Assembly: GCA_040954595.2 (NCBI GenBank)
Contig: CM082589.2
Location: 10,056,894 to 10,120,893 of the forward strand
Reading direction: 5' to 3'
DNA from: Balanoglossus misakiensis
Lineage: Eukaryota > Animalia > Hemichordata
Length of the DNA stretch: 64,000 bases
Shown: in pieces, positions 1 through 9,560 of the stretch
How the letters are laid out: every line of letters starts with the position of its first letter
How positions within the stretch are numbered: position 1 is the first letter of the stretch
The notes under the pieces: generated by a model
Seen by the model: the letters and a program-made list of their open reading frames with translations, nothing else
The model's database searches: none
What the model was told of the DNA's origin: nothing
Program-made: the position numbers and the translations under genes

Positions 1-298
1 GTGTGTCTGGAAATGTAGATGCTGAATTGGATGTTTGAAGAACTGAATAATGACAACAGCGGATAATATATGTTGTCTACTATTATGTTGAATAATGTAG
101 CTCTGAGGAAGAAGCTTTGATTGCAAAACAAAGTACTGAACGCATTTGGAAAAGTGGAAACGAAAGTTTGGAATAGTATTGAAATGTTACTTGTGGATTC
201 ACTATATGTTGTCATGGGCAAAGAAAAAGAAATGTGAATATTGTAATGAATTGTTTGAGCAGGGAATACAGGAAAAACAGTGGACAGTTTCAGTATAG

Positions 299-325
299 TC
301 AAGTTGTTTGTAGTGAACATAATAC
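299..325 (-). CDS. Candidate terminal exon of the OB-fold gene (VLCSLQTT*)
   Basis: Acceptor cccctttcgttttcag at 326 gives an 88-nt intron and an in-frame stop. An alternative acceptor (ctacatttccag) near base 7 would continue the gene out of the window. Confidence 0.3.
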   Translation of the reverse strand, partial: VLCSLQTT

Positions 326-413
326 CTGAAAACGAAAGGGGTGGTACCAGGACAATTTCCTGTTGGTATACACTGTATAGTGTATTGTATTGACTGATCA
401 GTGAAGTACTTAC

Positions 414-632
414 CGATACTGATATTGTGGTGGATTGCCTGGATGTGAGGCGGTTGTTGAACGAGGCAGCTTTCTTCACATTGGTAATAGTTATAACATC
501 ACCAGTGGTGAGCTCACACTTCGTAAGATCTCCCCATACGGTTAGTTTGTACACCCCTGAGCTGTCTCCAAGTCCAATAGTTCTGCGTGGTAATTTGCCG
601 TACCGGGTGTGGGTGGCTTTGGTGTTTTGAAC
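414..632 (-). CDS. RPA/SSB-like OB-fold protein, second coding exon (not in ORF track)
   Basis: Acceptor cttctgtcttttag at 633, donor GTAAGT at 413, 219 nt, phase 0. Translation VQNTKATHTRYGKLPRRTIGLGDSSGVYKLTVWGDLTKCELTTGDVITITNVKKAASFNNRLTSRQSTTISVS matches the OB-fold pattern L-x-D-x-S/T-G...L-T-V-W-G...G-D-V-I-x-I-x-N. Confidence 0.78.
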
Positions 633-1152
633 CTAAAAGACAGAAGAAGTAATAAACAAATGGAAAACGGTAAAGAGTGTACCATGAGGTTTGTGAGATG
701 AACGGTCGGGAAAAGGTGAGGTGGGGGTAGAAGTCAATAGGAAACGGACCTTTCTACCCTTCGAGGTCGATAGGGAACGGACCCCTCTCCTGTGCATCGA
801 GGGATCTTCACGACGTGGAATAGCATTGCATACGCGGTTGTTCGGTGTACGGTACGTGACCAGCTGTGGTGAAGGTCGTGTAACGTCGGGAAAACGAAGA
901 CGGTCATTGTATATATGGGTAACAGAGGAGTGAATGAAGTCAATAAAGCGTAAGCGAAATGTTCGTGATCTTGTGGAAAACACGACTACGTCAATTAAAG
1001 TAACGTGTTGGTGTTGATTTGTGGCAGAATTTATTCGTGACAATGGAAGTGGGCGGGTAATCCGATTACGTGAGATTGTTGTTGGCCGCGAAATATCTAG
1101 GGCGAAAATGGGTGAATTGTGAAATGAGTGAGCATTTTAAGTGTAAACTTAC

Positions 1153-1599
1153 CCTTACTACAGTTCCTGATATGTTGTGATAATTGGTGTTGTCGGCAAT
1201 TGCTGCGGCCATAGTGACAACAGCAGCAGTGGGTGCTTGCTCTGTCATGCGACAGCGAAGTCCGTGAGCCTCGGTTGCGACACTTTCAGGAATGTTGAGG
1301 TCCACCCTATTAACAGCCAAGGTGGAGCCTTGGTTGATGGAAATCCCGTTGGAACGCACGTAAATTTTCGGACCAAGAAATAGTGTACTTCCTTCATTTG
1401 CTCTCAATAAAGACAACGTGTCTTCTCTGGTTGACCAGATATACAGAGTGGTGGCAGCGGTGTGGTCTGCCACCACAGCCCGTTTAAATTTTTCGTTGGT
1501 CGAGGTATTTTCATAGTAGATTAGTTTAACTTGAGTGGTAACATCGTGGTAGGTGTTGGTCTCTTTCTGGCTTAATTCTTTTAGTGTTGATTTTGGCAT
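1153..1599 (-). CDS. RPA/SSB-like tandem OB-fold protein, first coding exon (MPKSTLKEL...NISGTVVR)
   Basis: Acceptor ttcttccgtacag directly before ATG (1599); donor GTAAGT at 1152; 447 nt, phase 0. OB-fold pattern V-K-L-I...RAVVADHTAATTLYIW. Confidence 0.75.
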
Positions 1600-2929
1600 C
1601 TGTACGGAAGAAACAAAGGTGAAATTATAAGACTGTGGTTTCACGATCAGTGGTTGAATGTACATGATGGTGGAAACTATATCATCAAGGGGAAAACGCC
1701 AAACGAAAGGATTAATAGATTGGCATGTAGTTGCCACAAATCAGACGTGAGGGTCTCATCAGCGATCAGGTTTGCATTGAAAGTTTCAGAATGAAGAGTC
1801 TCTGGTAGTTGATGTTCAAATGAAATTACCAATTGTAATGTATCGAAGAATTCACACGGGTCACCAAAAACTTTAAAATGGGCGCAATGAGTGCTGTTAA
1901 CTGGAGAACAGTAGTACAAGCGTATTGTTGAAAATGAGACACGGCGGATGTTTGCGCCAATTGGCAAAACTTGTTCGTGTGTTGCGTCAGTTAACAGTTG
2001 CGAATGTGTGTACAGCTTTTTGGGGGGAAAACTGAACGACAGATTTTGTAATGTACGGAGAGCAGTGCATGGGCCGAGCTTTGCAGACGTAATTGTCTGG
2101 TTATGAATATTCCAAAGAGAGCCAATTGGCGTACCGATATTTTGTTGACGTTGAACGAAACGACAGTGGGGTGGTAGGTCAAATGGTGGGGCTTTGAAAT
2201 GTCCCGCGGTATTTGACCAATGGAGTTGGCTTTCACTGTAGATTAAGCACCCGTGAATTTTTCGTACACAGTGTGGCATAATGAACCAAAGCAAGGAAAT
2301 AAAAAATAAAGTATAACTTACTGTGTGAGTGTGGTACTTGCGGTGAACTAGACTGTGTGGATATAGTCTGTGCGGCTTGTTGTTCTGGATGAAAAAGGTG
2401 GGAAAGTGTGGTACGATGACCGATGTGCGCTGGAAAGTTGAAAGCGACGCGATGTTATAGTTTCAGGAGTCAGGGAGCGAATGCGGTGAGCTCGCAGAAG
2501 TGTATGAGTGGACTTTCCGAAGACGACGCGTGAAAAATTTAATAATTGACGGACACAATGGATTTGCACCAATAGTAATACACAGAAATTGCCGACAAAG
2601 ACAGTTTCGCAAAGGAACACGTGTGTATTGTTTACAAATATGACGTAACCGCCAGCGTGCAGATGAAAACAGAACGTGTTTACATGTTCAAAGCCAAGGA
2701 AGTCGATTGCTCCAGGGTTCTGAAAAACATTTCCGGTTGTGCATGACCGACAGGATGTTTGTTCGTAATCTGTCAATGTGATGAGATGTGTACCACATGT
2801 TAGCAATAAAATGGTGCCGTTTTGGTGTATAGGGGGAGATACCGATTATGTAAATAAACTGGTAATGTGACAGGGCAGTTGTCATTGCAATGATGGACAC
2901 AGTAATGTTGTTGTCAGGTTGTTTTCATT

Positions 2930-3250
2930 AAGTGTGACAGCAGCATGTATAGTTTTGACCAAATGTTTTTCAAGGTGCCACTTTTGATATGTGGTATATT
3001 GGCAAGTATAAGAACTAATGCAAAATGGTAGTCTGTTGTTTCTTCATTAAGTTGTTGACATTTCAAAGTACCCATTGCTGTGGGTGGGCAAAGATATGTC
3101 ACCATTGAAGTCCCCGATAATGAACACTGGTTTATTGACATAGATGAAATCTAGCAGTGGTGTACTGTCCTTTGTGAATGTTGTACGTTGGCATGTTGGT
3201 ACTGACACTTGGTAATAATGGTTTGTGGTGTAGCAATAATTGCACATATT
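2930..3250 (-). pseudogene. Degenerate duplicate of the endonuclease C-terminus
   Basis: Frameshifted pieces PLLD..KPVFIIGDFN.DISLP and CQQLNEETTDYHFAL.LI..NIWS mirror PLLDLTKPILIMGDFNFDILLP and CRQLIKEETTDQHSALDLIF..NSWS at the end of the adjacent ORF. Confidence 0.8.
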
Positions 3251-3363
3251 GACTCATACATGTATGTAATATGGGAAATAAGTGTATTTGAAATCTGCTG
3301 TTGTCATTTAATTCTTATGTGTTGTCTTTTATGATTATGTCTATAATCTAACACTGATTAATT

Positions 3364-6300
3364 TCAAGTGAATTGGCTGGGGTGAATGGCTGCATACACG
3401 GCCTTGTGATCAGACCATGAGTTTTCTATTGTGTCATAGGTAGTTGTGAAGAAGTTAAGAAAAATTAAGTCCAGAGCAGAATGCTGATCAGTTGTTTCTT
3501 CCTTTATTAGTTGCCGACAGTTACAAATTGATGTCATAAAGTGGAGGAAAGCAGTACTGGTATTAGGTAGTAGAATGTCAAAATTAAAGTCACCCATTAT
3601 TAATATTGGTTTTGTCAAATCTAGTAGTGGCAGGAGATACTGTTGAAATTGTTGTTTGAATGTGTGGATTGTGCACTGAGGGGATTTATAGATCATAATG
3701 ATTTGAAGTAGTTTATTTTGAATTAGGATGTTGGCTTTTATAAATTCGAACACTTTTGTTGAATGGCACTTGATATGAATCACTTGATATGAATCTTTGA
3801 CATACAATACAAGACCATGATAGGGTCTTGTGAAATTTACAGCAGTGTTGTCAATATGCACATCTTGGTCATTCCTGAATAGTAGATAATTTGGGAGATT
3901 GTAGGCTTCATTGGTATCATTAGTTGTTAATCTGGATTCAGCAATTCCGATAACATCAGCAGCAATTATATTGTGGTCACTGCATAAATCTGCAAAATGT
4001 TTATGGAGTGATCTAGCGTTTTGATATACTACTTTGCAGTGGTCATGAGGGAGGGCATATAATGGTTTGAAGCATAATTGAAGTTGGCTGTCATCACGGA
4101 GTCTTTTCATTTCATTGTGAACTGCTTCAGATATTGCGATTTTATTTTTATTCAACTCCAGTATCTGAAGTCCACTTATTGTACGCACTCTACTTATTGC
4201 GACATAATGTATATGGTCAATTTTTCTTGTACCCATATGGATTATTACCTTATCAAGTGTATCACCCTGAGATTTGTGAATAGTTTTTGCAGCAGACGGT
4301 CTAAGTGGAAATTGAATTCTCATGACAGATACATGTTTGTAATATTTACTGGTAGGAAACTGGCGTTTAATGTCAAATATTGGAGTCAATTGTTTACCAA
4401 TTTCTGGTTGATGCAAATGTTTGTATTTATGTCTTCTTAATAGACCAACATTTTTATCATCAAATTGAACCCAAATTATACTGGGGCGGTTGTTTGATGT
4501 TCCTGTCATTCTGTGGTCTATTTGTTGCACTACACAACTGGCACCATTTGTCATACCATCCTCAACATCAACATTGGCAGTGAGATCATATCGCAGTCCA
4601 ACAGCTATAGGTGCTTGTGATAATAAACCGCATGTTTTGGATGGATCTTTTGGAATGGTCTTCAAAAGCTGTGCTTTCACTTGTTGTGAGACATCGCCAA
4701 TAACTGTGTCCAGTGCTGGTACAACAAGTTTATGGGATGTAGCATTTTGGTAAACTTTATCATTATGTGACTCTACCATTGCATTGGTGGTGTATAAATG
4801 AGGAATGGACTCGTTGAGTGGTTGATCATGAGATATTACATAGTTTTGCAATTCAGAAATATCTTCATCTGTGTGCCTCCCTTCTCTCAATCTATTCAAT
4901 AGTTGAGCAAAGTCTTCATCATCTTTCTGTCTCATGATCTGTGTTAGTTCATGCATGGTGAAATGTTCTTTCCACAGATTAGTTGCTAATGGGCCATACT
5001 CTTTTGTTAGGTCTTTGAATATCCAGCCATCCATTACTGGTTTGAGTTGAAATAAATCACCAACAGTTATCATTGAAACACCACCAAATACTTGATTGTT
5101 ACCTTTTATTTGTTGAAGTCGGAGATTTATGAAATTTAAAAGCTCATGGCCTACCATGCTGATTTCATCAATGATTACAACTGATAAATGTTGATATTTA
5201 CTTCGCAAAGTATTAAGTTTATCGCTATCCAGTGGTTTGTATTTATAACCTTGACTTGCAGGTACTTTGAAAGCTGCATGAATAGTACTACCATTGATAT
5301 GATAGGCTGCTTTACCAGTTGGCGCACATAACAATAAACGACAGTCGAGTGGTGATTCACCAGCAATTGAACACAGATAGCGATGTAATGCCTGATATAT
5401 TGCTCGGATTACAACTGACTTTCCTGTACCAGCACCCCCTGTGATAAATATATGCATTGGATCATGATTTGTCTTGACTGATTTCAAAACATGATGAAAT
5501 ATTTCCCTTTGTTTTACATTGAGAGATCTCACAAGTTTGTGATATTGTTCATCAGGGATACGTCCTGGGACGTTGCTGGTGTCATCAGTGGTGACAGTCG
5601 TATTCATACCAATGTCAACACCTATATCATAAGTGGTATGTTCTGGTTGGTCATCAGGTTGAAAGTATATGAAATGATCATTTGGTGTAGTAGTTCCTTC
5701 TTCTAGATCATCTCTCTCAGCATGTTGCGTATTTGGAGCAATCTGATCAAATGCATTTAAATCATCATTATCAAGTTGCTCTGCAGCTGTAGTGGCTTGA
5801 TCTATCAACTCTGAATTATGTTCATACTTATCTATGGTTTGTGCAATAATGTGTTTGTTATGATTATAAGATTCTTGAAAGGTGGCACAACTGTTTAGAA
5901 GGTCAGAGCTTTCATTTCTCCATGGCATGTACAGCAACAATTTTTCACGACAGTAATTTTCATAGTCAACTTTCTTACTATAATTGACATAGCGTATTAT
6001 ACACGGATTTACACGTTCTTGTATTTTCATACCATTTTTGAGAATGATATTTATTTTACTTGTCATATTGTCAGATTCTGAGTCCACACCTAAATCAGGG
6101 TCATCATGATCATCATCATTTATATCTTGTGGATAATTATCAGTGCATTTGGTTGAATATGTGACTCTAAGTTTAGATGCATAATCTGCAAGACACCAAT
6201 TTTCTAATGCTTTTGGCCGTCTAGCATAACGTTTGATTAGATTGTCACTTTCTATGTCAGTAGATTCTGCTGGTGTATTTTCAAGGGCAGTTTTGCTTTT

Positions 6301-9243
6301 GAGCAGGAATGTTCTTTGATCAGGTGGTGATGTGTTTATAAATACCACTTGTCTTGTAGCTTTAGTAAGTGACAACTGCAGGATGATGTAAGCAGCCTCT
6401 TGTGCACTGATTTCTACATTGTTAAGGAATTTATTTCCAATATGTCTGACCTGTGCTTTCAGTTCCATATTGCCTTTTCTGGCTTCTTTGCATGCTTGGT
6501 CAAGTAATGCACTCATGCCTCTTTGGGATTTACTGATATAGGATACAATGTACATGGCACAGGCGTATGGATCTAAAACAAACTGTAGATCATGATTTGC
6601 TCCCCATGCAGACAATAATAATTTCATGTAGGCATTGACACGTAAATCACTTGGTTCTCTTTTGAGAAATATTGTGGTAGTTTTGAGTGAACTCTGAATG
6701 CATTTTATGTATTCATCATGACTGATTTGCAGCTCAGTAGATAGGAAGTCATCATATGATATTGGTTTGCCTTCTTTCATATCATCCAGTTTTTGTTTGA
6801 TTTCTTCATATTTCTGTTTGTAATGTTGTTCTTCATCTGGATCAGCATTTAATGGTGAGAGAATCATTGTTTCTGACATAGGAGGCATTGGGTATCCAAA
6901 ACGACATACAGGTTTGCCTTTTACTCGGCATGTCTTAGAGTGCTTATGTGTCTGCAGATTCAATACTTCAGCCATTTCACTTGGTACATTGGAAGAACAA
7001 GATACATATATGTCAATGAAATCAATCACTTCTGTTGGTGTGTTTTGTTGATAATTTGGTGCATTCTCAATCCACATTAGCATATGGATGTGTGGTGAGC
7101 CACGTTGTTGAAATTCCACTCTGTAGAAGTAATCAGTGATTTTGCCCAATGGATCACATGGACCTCTAAGTACTGTATTGATGAATTCATGAATTCTGTG
7201 GTCAAAGAAACGAGCACATGTCACTGGGTCAGATTGAAGTAACCTGGACTTTGTAGCCCAATCCATGGCTTTAAGTTCATCAGCAGTATATTTCTTACCA
7301 TCTACAAGTGTACCCAGTATTTGATGTAAGTCAATCCACTTTGTGTCAGCACTAGACAGAGAACAAAACCATGTTGGTAAACCAAGTTGTCTAATCATTG
7401 CAAATACATCTTTCTTCCTCTTTTCTAGATAGGGTGGTGAATTGCGCAAATCTCTGAATATGTAAAATCCGTCATCAAGTCTAAGTAAATCACTTACTCT
7501 TTCTGGATTTAATAAATCTGCAACTTTGTAAGTTCTGCCTTCAGTTTTACATCGTCTCAATGCAAGGTGGACTTTACTACTGATCTGTTTTAACTGCAGT
7601 TTCTTCACTTTGAAAAACATATTTGGTACAGAGTTTGCAACGCGTCTATCAACATTACGCGATTCCCATTTACAAACATCACTGTAATGTACATTTGAGG
7701 TGTGGATTTGATCAATATTTCTGCGTTGTCCACAGAATATAGTTGGAAAGGCTAGATATTCTGCATCTGTATCATTGAACAGACTAAGAGGGCGTTGACC
7801 TTCACCAGGGGCAAATGTTAAAATTTGATTACGATAATCTGAATCATCAAGTAAAGTGTCCATATTAGCAACAGCTCCCTCTGCTGGATCAACCTCACTG
7901 AATTTATCAGAATCAGAATCTGATTCAGATTCAGGATCATCAGCTTGCTCTTGTTCAGTGTTTGTATTTTCAATAAATACAGCCATATCATTATCTGTGT
8001 TTTCAAATTCCTGAGACCAGTTGTGATTAATTGGAATACCTGAATTTTGGTACAAAACACTGTTTTTCATGAGCCACACAAGTGCTGCCATCACTTTATT
8101 TGGTCGAATATTTTCTGTAAATTCACTTCGCGTGTACGATAGTTTTCGTTTCAGTTTGACTGGTATAGTAGCTGAATCATCTAGCATTCTTGGCAGAGCA
8201 TTAACAGTAGGGGTGATATCTGTTGGAATATTGACTACCGGACCAGATAATGACCTTTGACCTCCACGTGGCAAACTGCACATATGCATGAATGGAATTC
8301 TGAGTGCTATCAATCTTTCTTCCAAAGGGTGCAACTGTAACTGTGGTGGAATATCAGGGAAATTAACATTATTAGCTATAGACAATCTGGGGATTTTACC
8401 AGCAGATATGGATCTGTAGCATGTGTTACACACCCACTCTATATTGTCAACAGAAGTGTATGCAGTCAAACATTTTGATGCAATGCCTCGTTCAGATAAT
8501 TTGGCAGCAGGAGTAACAGATTTTCTGAACCAAGTTTGATGACATGATGAGCAGACATAGACAGGGCCTTGTGATACAGTTCTATGAAATATATTTATGC
8601 ATGCCTGCAACGATTCCCCGCATAATTGTCGGGTCTCAAAACCTCTATGTTTGCTAAAACCATTGTGTGTAACATGTTGTTTTTTGTCAATTTGAAATGT
8701 TTGAATTTTTTCACTGCATTTCACAAACTTCTTTTGTAAGTTTTCTTTTTTTCTGAAGTTTCTATCCTGTCTCTTCATTTTTCTGTAGATCTGTTGCTTT
8801 TTGTTTTCGTGCTCTTTGAAGGTTTTACTTTTGCGTGAAGTCTTGATACGTGCCTGTGACTGTATTTTCTCATTTTGTCGAAATGTGGAATTTTGACGCA
8901 GACTTTTAATGTGTTCTTTCAGTTTTGGCTTTTCTTTTTCTCGGAATGCAGGATTTTGACGCAAAGTTTTAATGTGTGCTTTAAATTTCACCTTTTCTTT
9001 CTCTCGGAATGCAGGATTTTGACGCAGAGTTTGCTTGTGTGAGTTTAATTTCACCTTTTCTTTCTCTCGGAATGCAGGATTTTGACGCAGAGTTTGCTTG
9101 TGTGAGTTTAATTTCACCTTTTCTTTCTCTCGGAATGCAGGATTTTGACGCAGAGTGTTAATGCGTGATTTCAATTTGACCTTCTCTTTCTCTCGGAATA
9201 CAGGATTTTGACGCAGAGTTTGCTTGTGTGAGTTTAATTTCAC
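3364..9243 (-). CDS. Helentron Rep/Helicase/Endonuclease transposase (C-terminal part of polyprotein)
   Basis: Zn motifs CSSC...CNTC; Rep motifs WFCSLSSAD, YRVEFQQRGSPHIHML (HUH), YIVSYISK; Pif1 motifs GGAGTGKS, IIDEISMV, GDLFQLKPV, QIMRQ, TIHKSQG, YVAISRV; APE/EEP motifs QNARSL, IAESRL, MGDFN, ALDLIF, WSDH. Confidence 0.95.
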   Translation of the reverse strand: MKLNSHKQTLRQNPVFREKEKVKLKSRINTLRQNPAFREKEKVKLNSHKQTLRQNPAFREKEKVKLNSHKQTLRQNPAFREKEKVKFKAHIKTLRQNPAFREKEKPKLKEHIKSLRQNSTFRQNEKIQSQARIKTSRKSKTFKEHENKKQQIYRKMKRQDRNFRKKENLQKKFVKCSEKIQTFQIDKKQHVTHNGFSKHRGFETRQLCGESLQACINIFHRTVSQGPVYVCSSCHQTWFRKSVTPAAKLSERGIASKCLTAYTSVDNIEWVCNTCYRSISAGKIPRLSIANNVNFPDIPPQLQLHPLEERLIALRIPFMHMCSLPRGGQRSLSGPVVNIPTDITPTVNALPRMLDDSATIPVKLKRKLSYTRSEFTENIRPNKVMAALVWLMKNSVLYQNSGIPINHNWSQEFENTDNDMAVFIENTNTEQEQADDPESESDSDSDKFSEVDPAEGAVANMDTLLDDSDYRNQILTFAPGEGQRPLSLFNDTDAEYLAFPTIFCGQRRNIDQIHTSNVHYSDVCKWESRNVDRRVANSVPNMFFKVKKLQLKQISSKVHLALRRCKTEGRTYKVADLLNPERVSDLLRLDDGFYIFRDLRNSPPYLEKRKKDVFAMIRQLGLPTWFCSLSSADTKWIDLHQILGTLVDGKKYTADELKAMDWATKSRLLQSDPVTCARFFDHRIHEFINTVLRGPCDPLGKITDYFYRVEFQQRGSPHIHMLMWIENAPNYQQNTPTEVIDFIDIYVSCSSNVPSEMAEVLNLQTHKHSKTCRVKGKPVCRFGYPMPPMSETMILSPLNADPDEEQHYKQKYEEIKQKLDDMKEGKPISYDDFLSTELQISHDEYIKCIQSSLKTTTIFLKREPSDLRVNAYMKLLLSAWGANHDLQFVLDPYACAMYIVSYISKSQRGMSALLDQACKEARKGNMELKAQVRHIGNKFLNNVEISAQEAAYIILQLSLTKATRQVVFINTSPPDQRTFLLKSKTALENTPAESTDIESDNLIKRYARRPKALENWCLADYASKLRVTYSTKCTDNYPQDINDDDHDDPDLGVDSESDNMTSKINIILKNGMKIQERVNPCIIRYVNYSKKVDYENYCREKLLLYMPWRNESSDLLNSCATFQESYNHNKHIIAQTIDKYEHNSELIDQATTAAEQLDNDDLNAFDQIAPNTQHAERDDLEEGTTTPNDHFIYFQPDDQPEHTTYDIGVDIGMNTTVTTDDTSNVPGRIPDEQYHKLVRSLNVKQREIFHHVLKSVKTNHDPMHIFITGGAGTGKSVVIRAIYQALHRYLCSIAGESPLDCRLLLCAPTGKAAYHINGSTIHAAFKVPASQGYKYKPLDSDKLNTLRSKYQHLSVVIIDEISMVGHELLNFINLRLQQIKGNNQVFGGVSMITVGDLFQLKPVMDGWIFKDLTKEYGPLATNLWKEHFTMHELTQIMRQKDDEDFAQLLNRLREGRHTDEDISELQNYVISHDQPLNESIPHLYTTNAMVESHNDKVYQNATSHKLVVPALDTVIGDVSQQVKAQLLKTIPKDPSKTCGLLSQAPIAVGLRYDLTANVDVEDGMTNGASCVVQQIDHRMTGTSNNRPSIIWVQFDDKNVGLLRRHKYKHLHQPEIGKQLTPIFDIKRQFPTSKYYKHVSVMRIQFPLRPSAAKTIHKSQGDTLDKVIIHMGTRKIDHIHYVAISRVRTISGLQILELNKNKIAISEAVHNEMKRLRDDSQLQLCFKPLYALPHDHCKVVYQNARSLHKHFADLCSDHNIIAADVIGIAESRLTTNDTNEAYNLPNYLLFRNDQDVHIDNTAVNFTRPYHGLVLYVKDSYQVIHIKCHSTKVFEFIKANILIQNKLLQIIMIYKSPQCTIHTFKQQFQQYLLPLLDLTKPILIMGDFNFDILLPNTSTAFLHFMTSICNCRQLIKEETTDQHSALDLIFLNFFTTTYDTIENSWSDHKAVYAAIHPSQFT

Positions 9244-9560
9244 CTTCTCTTTCTCTCGGAATGCAGGATTTTGACGCAGAGTGTTAATGCGTGATTTTAA
9301 TTTGACCTCTCTTTCTCTCGGAATACAGGATTTTGACGCAGAGTTTGCTTGTGTGAGTTTAATTTCACCTTTTCTGTCTCTCGGAATACAGGATTTTGAC
9401 GCAGAGTGTAAATGCGTGATTTCAATTTGACCTTCTCTTTCTCTCGGAATACAGGATTTTGACGCAGAGTTTGCTTGTGTGAGTTTAATTTCACCTTCTC
9501 TTTCTCTTGGAATGAAGGATTTTGACGCAGGATTTGTATGTGTGATTGCAATTTTTCCTT
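8860..9560 (-). repeat. 63-bp (21-aa) coding tandem repeat, ~11 copies, basic/charged
   Basis: Units KLNSHKQTLRQNP(V/A)FREKEKV and KLKSRINTLRQNP(A/V)FREKEKV; nucleotide motif ggattttgacgcag recurs every 63 bp. Confidence 0.95.

Noticed and set aside
633-2806. ORFs 633-1043, 1677-2294 and 2348-2806 as extra genes
   Set aside because: No recognisable motifs. The first two fall within inferred introns of the OB-fold gene and the third overlaps its probable promoter/UTR.
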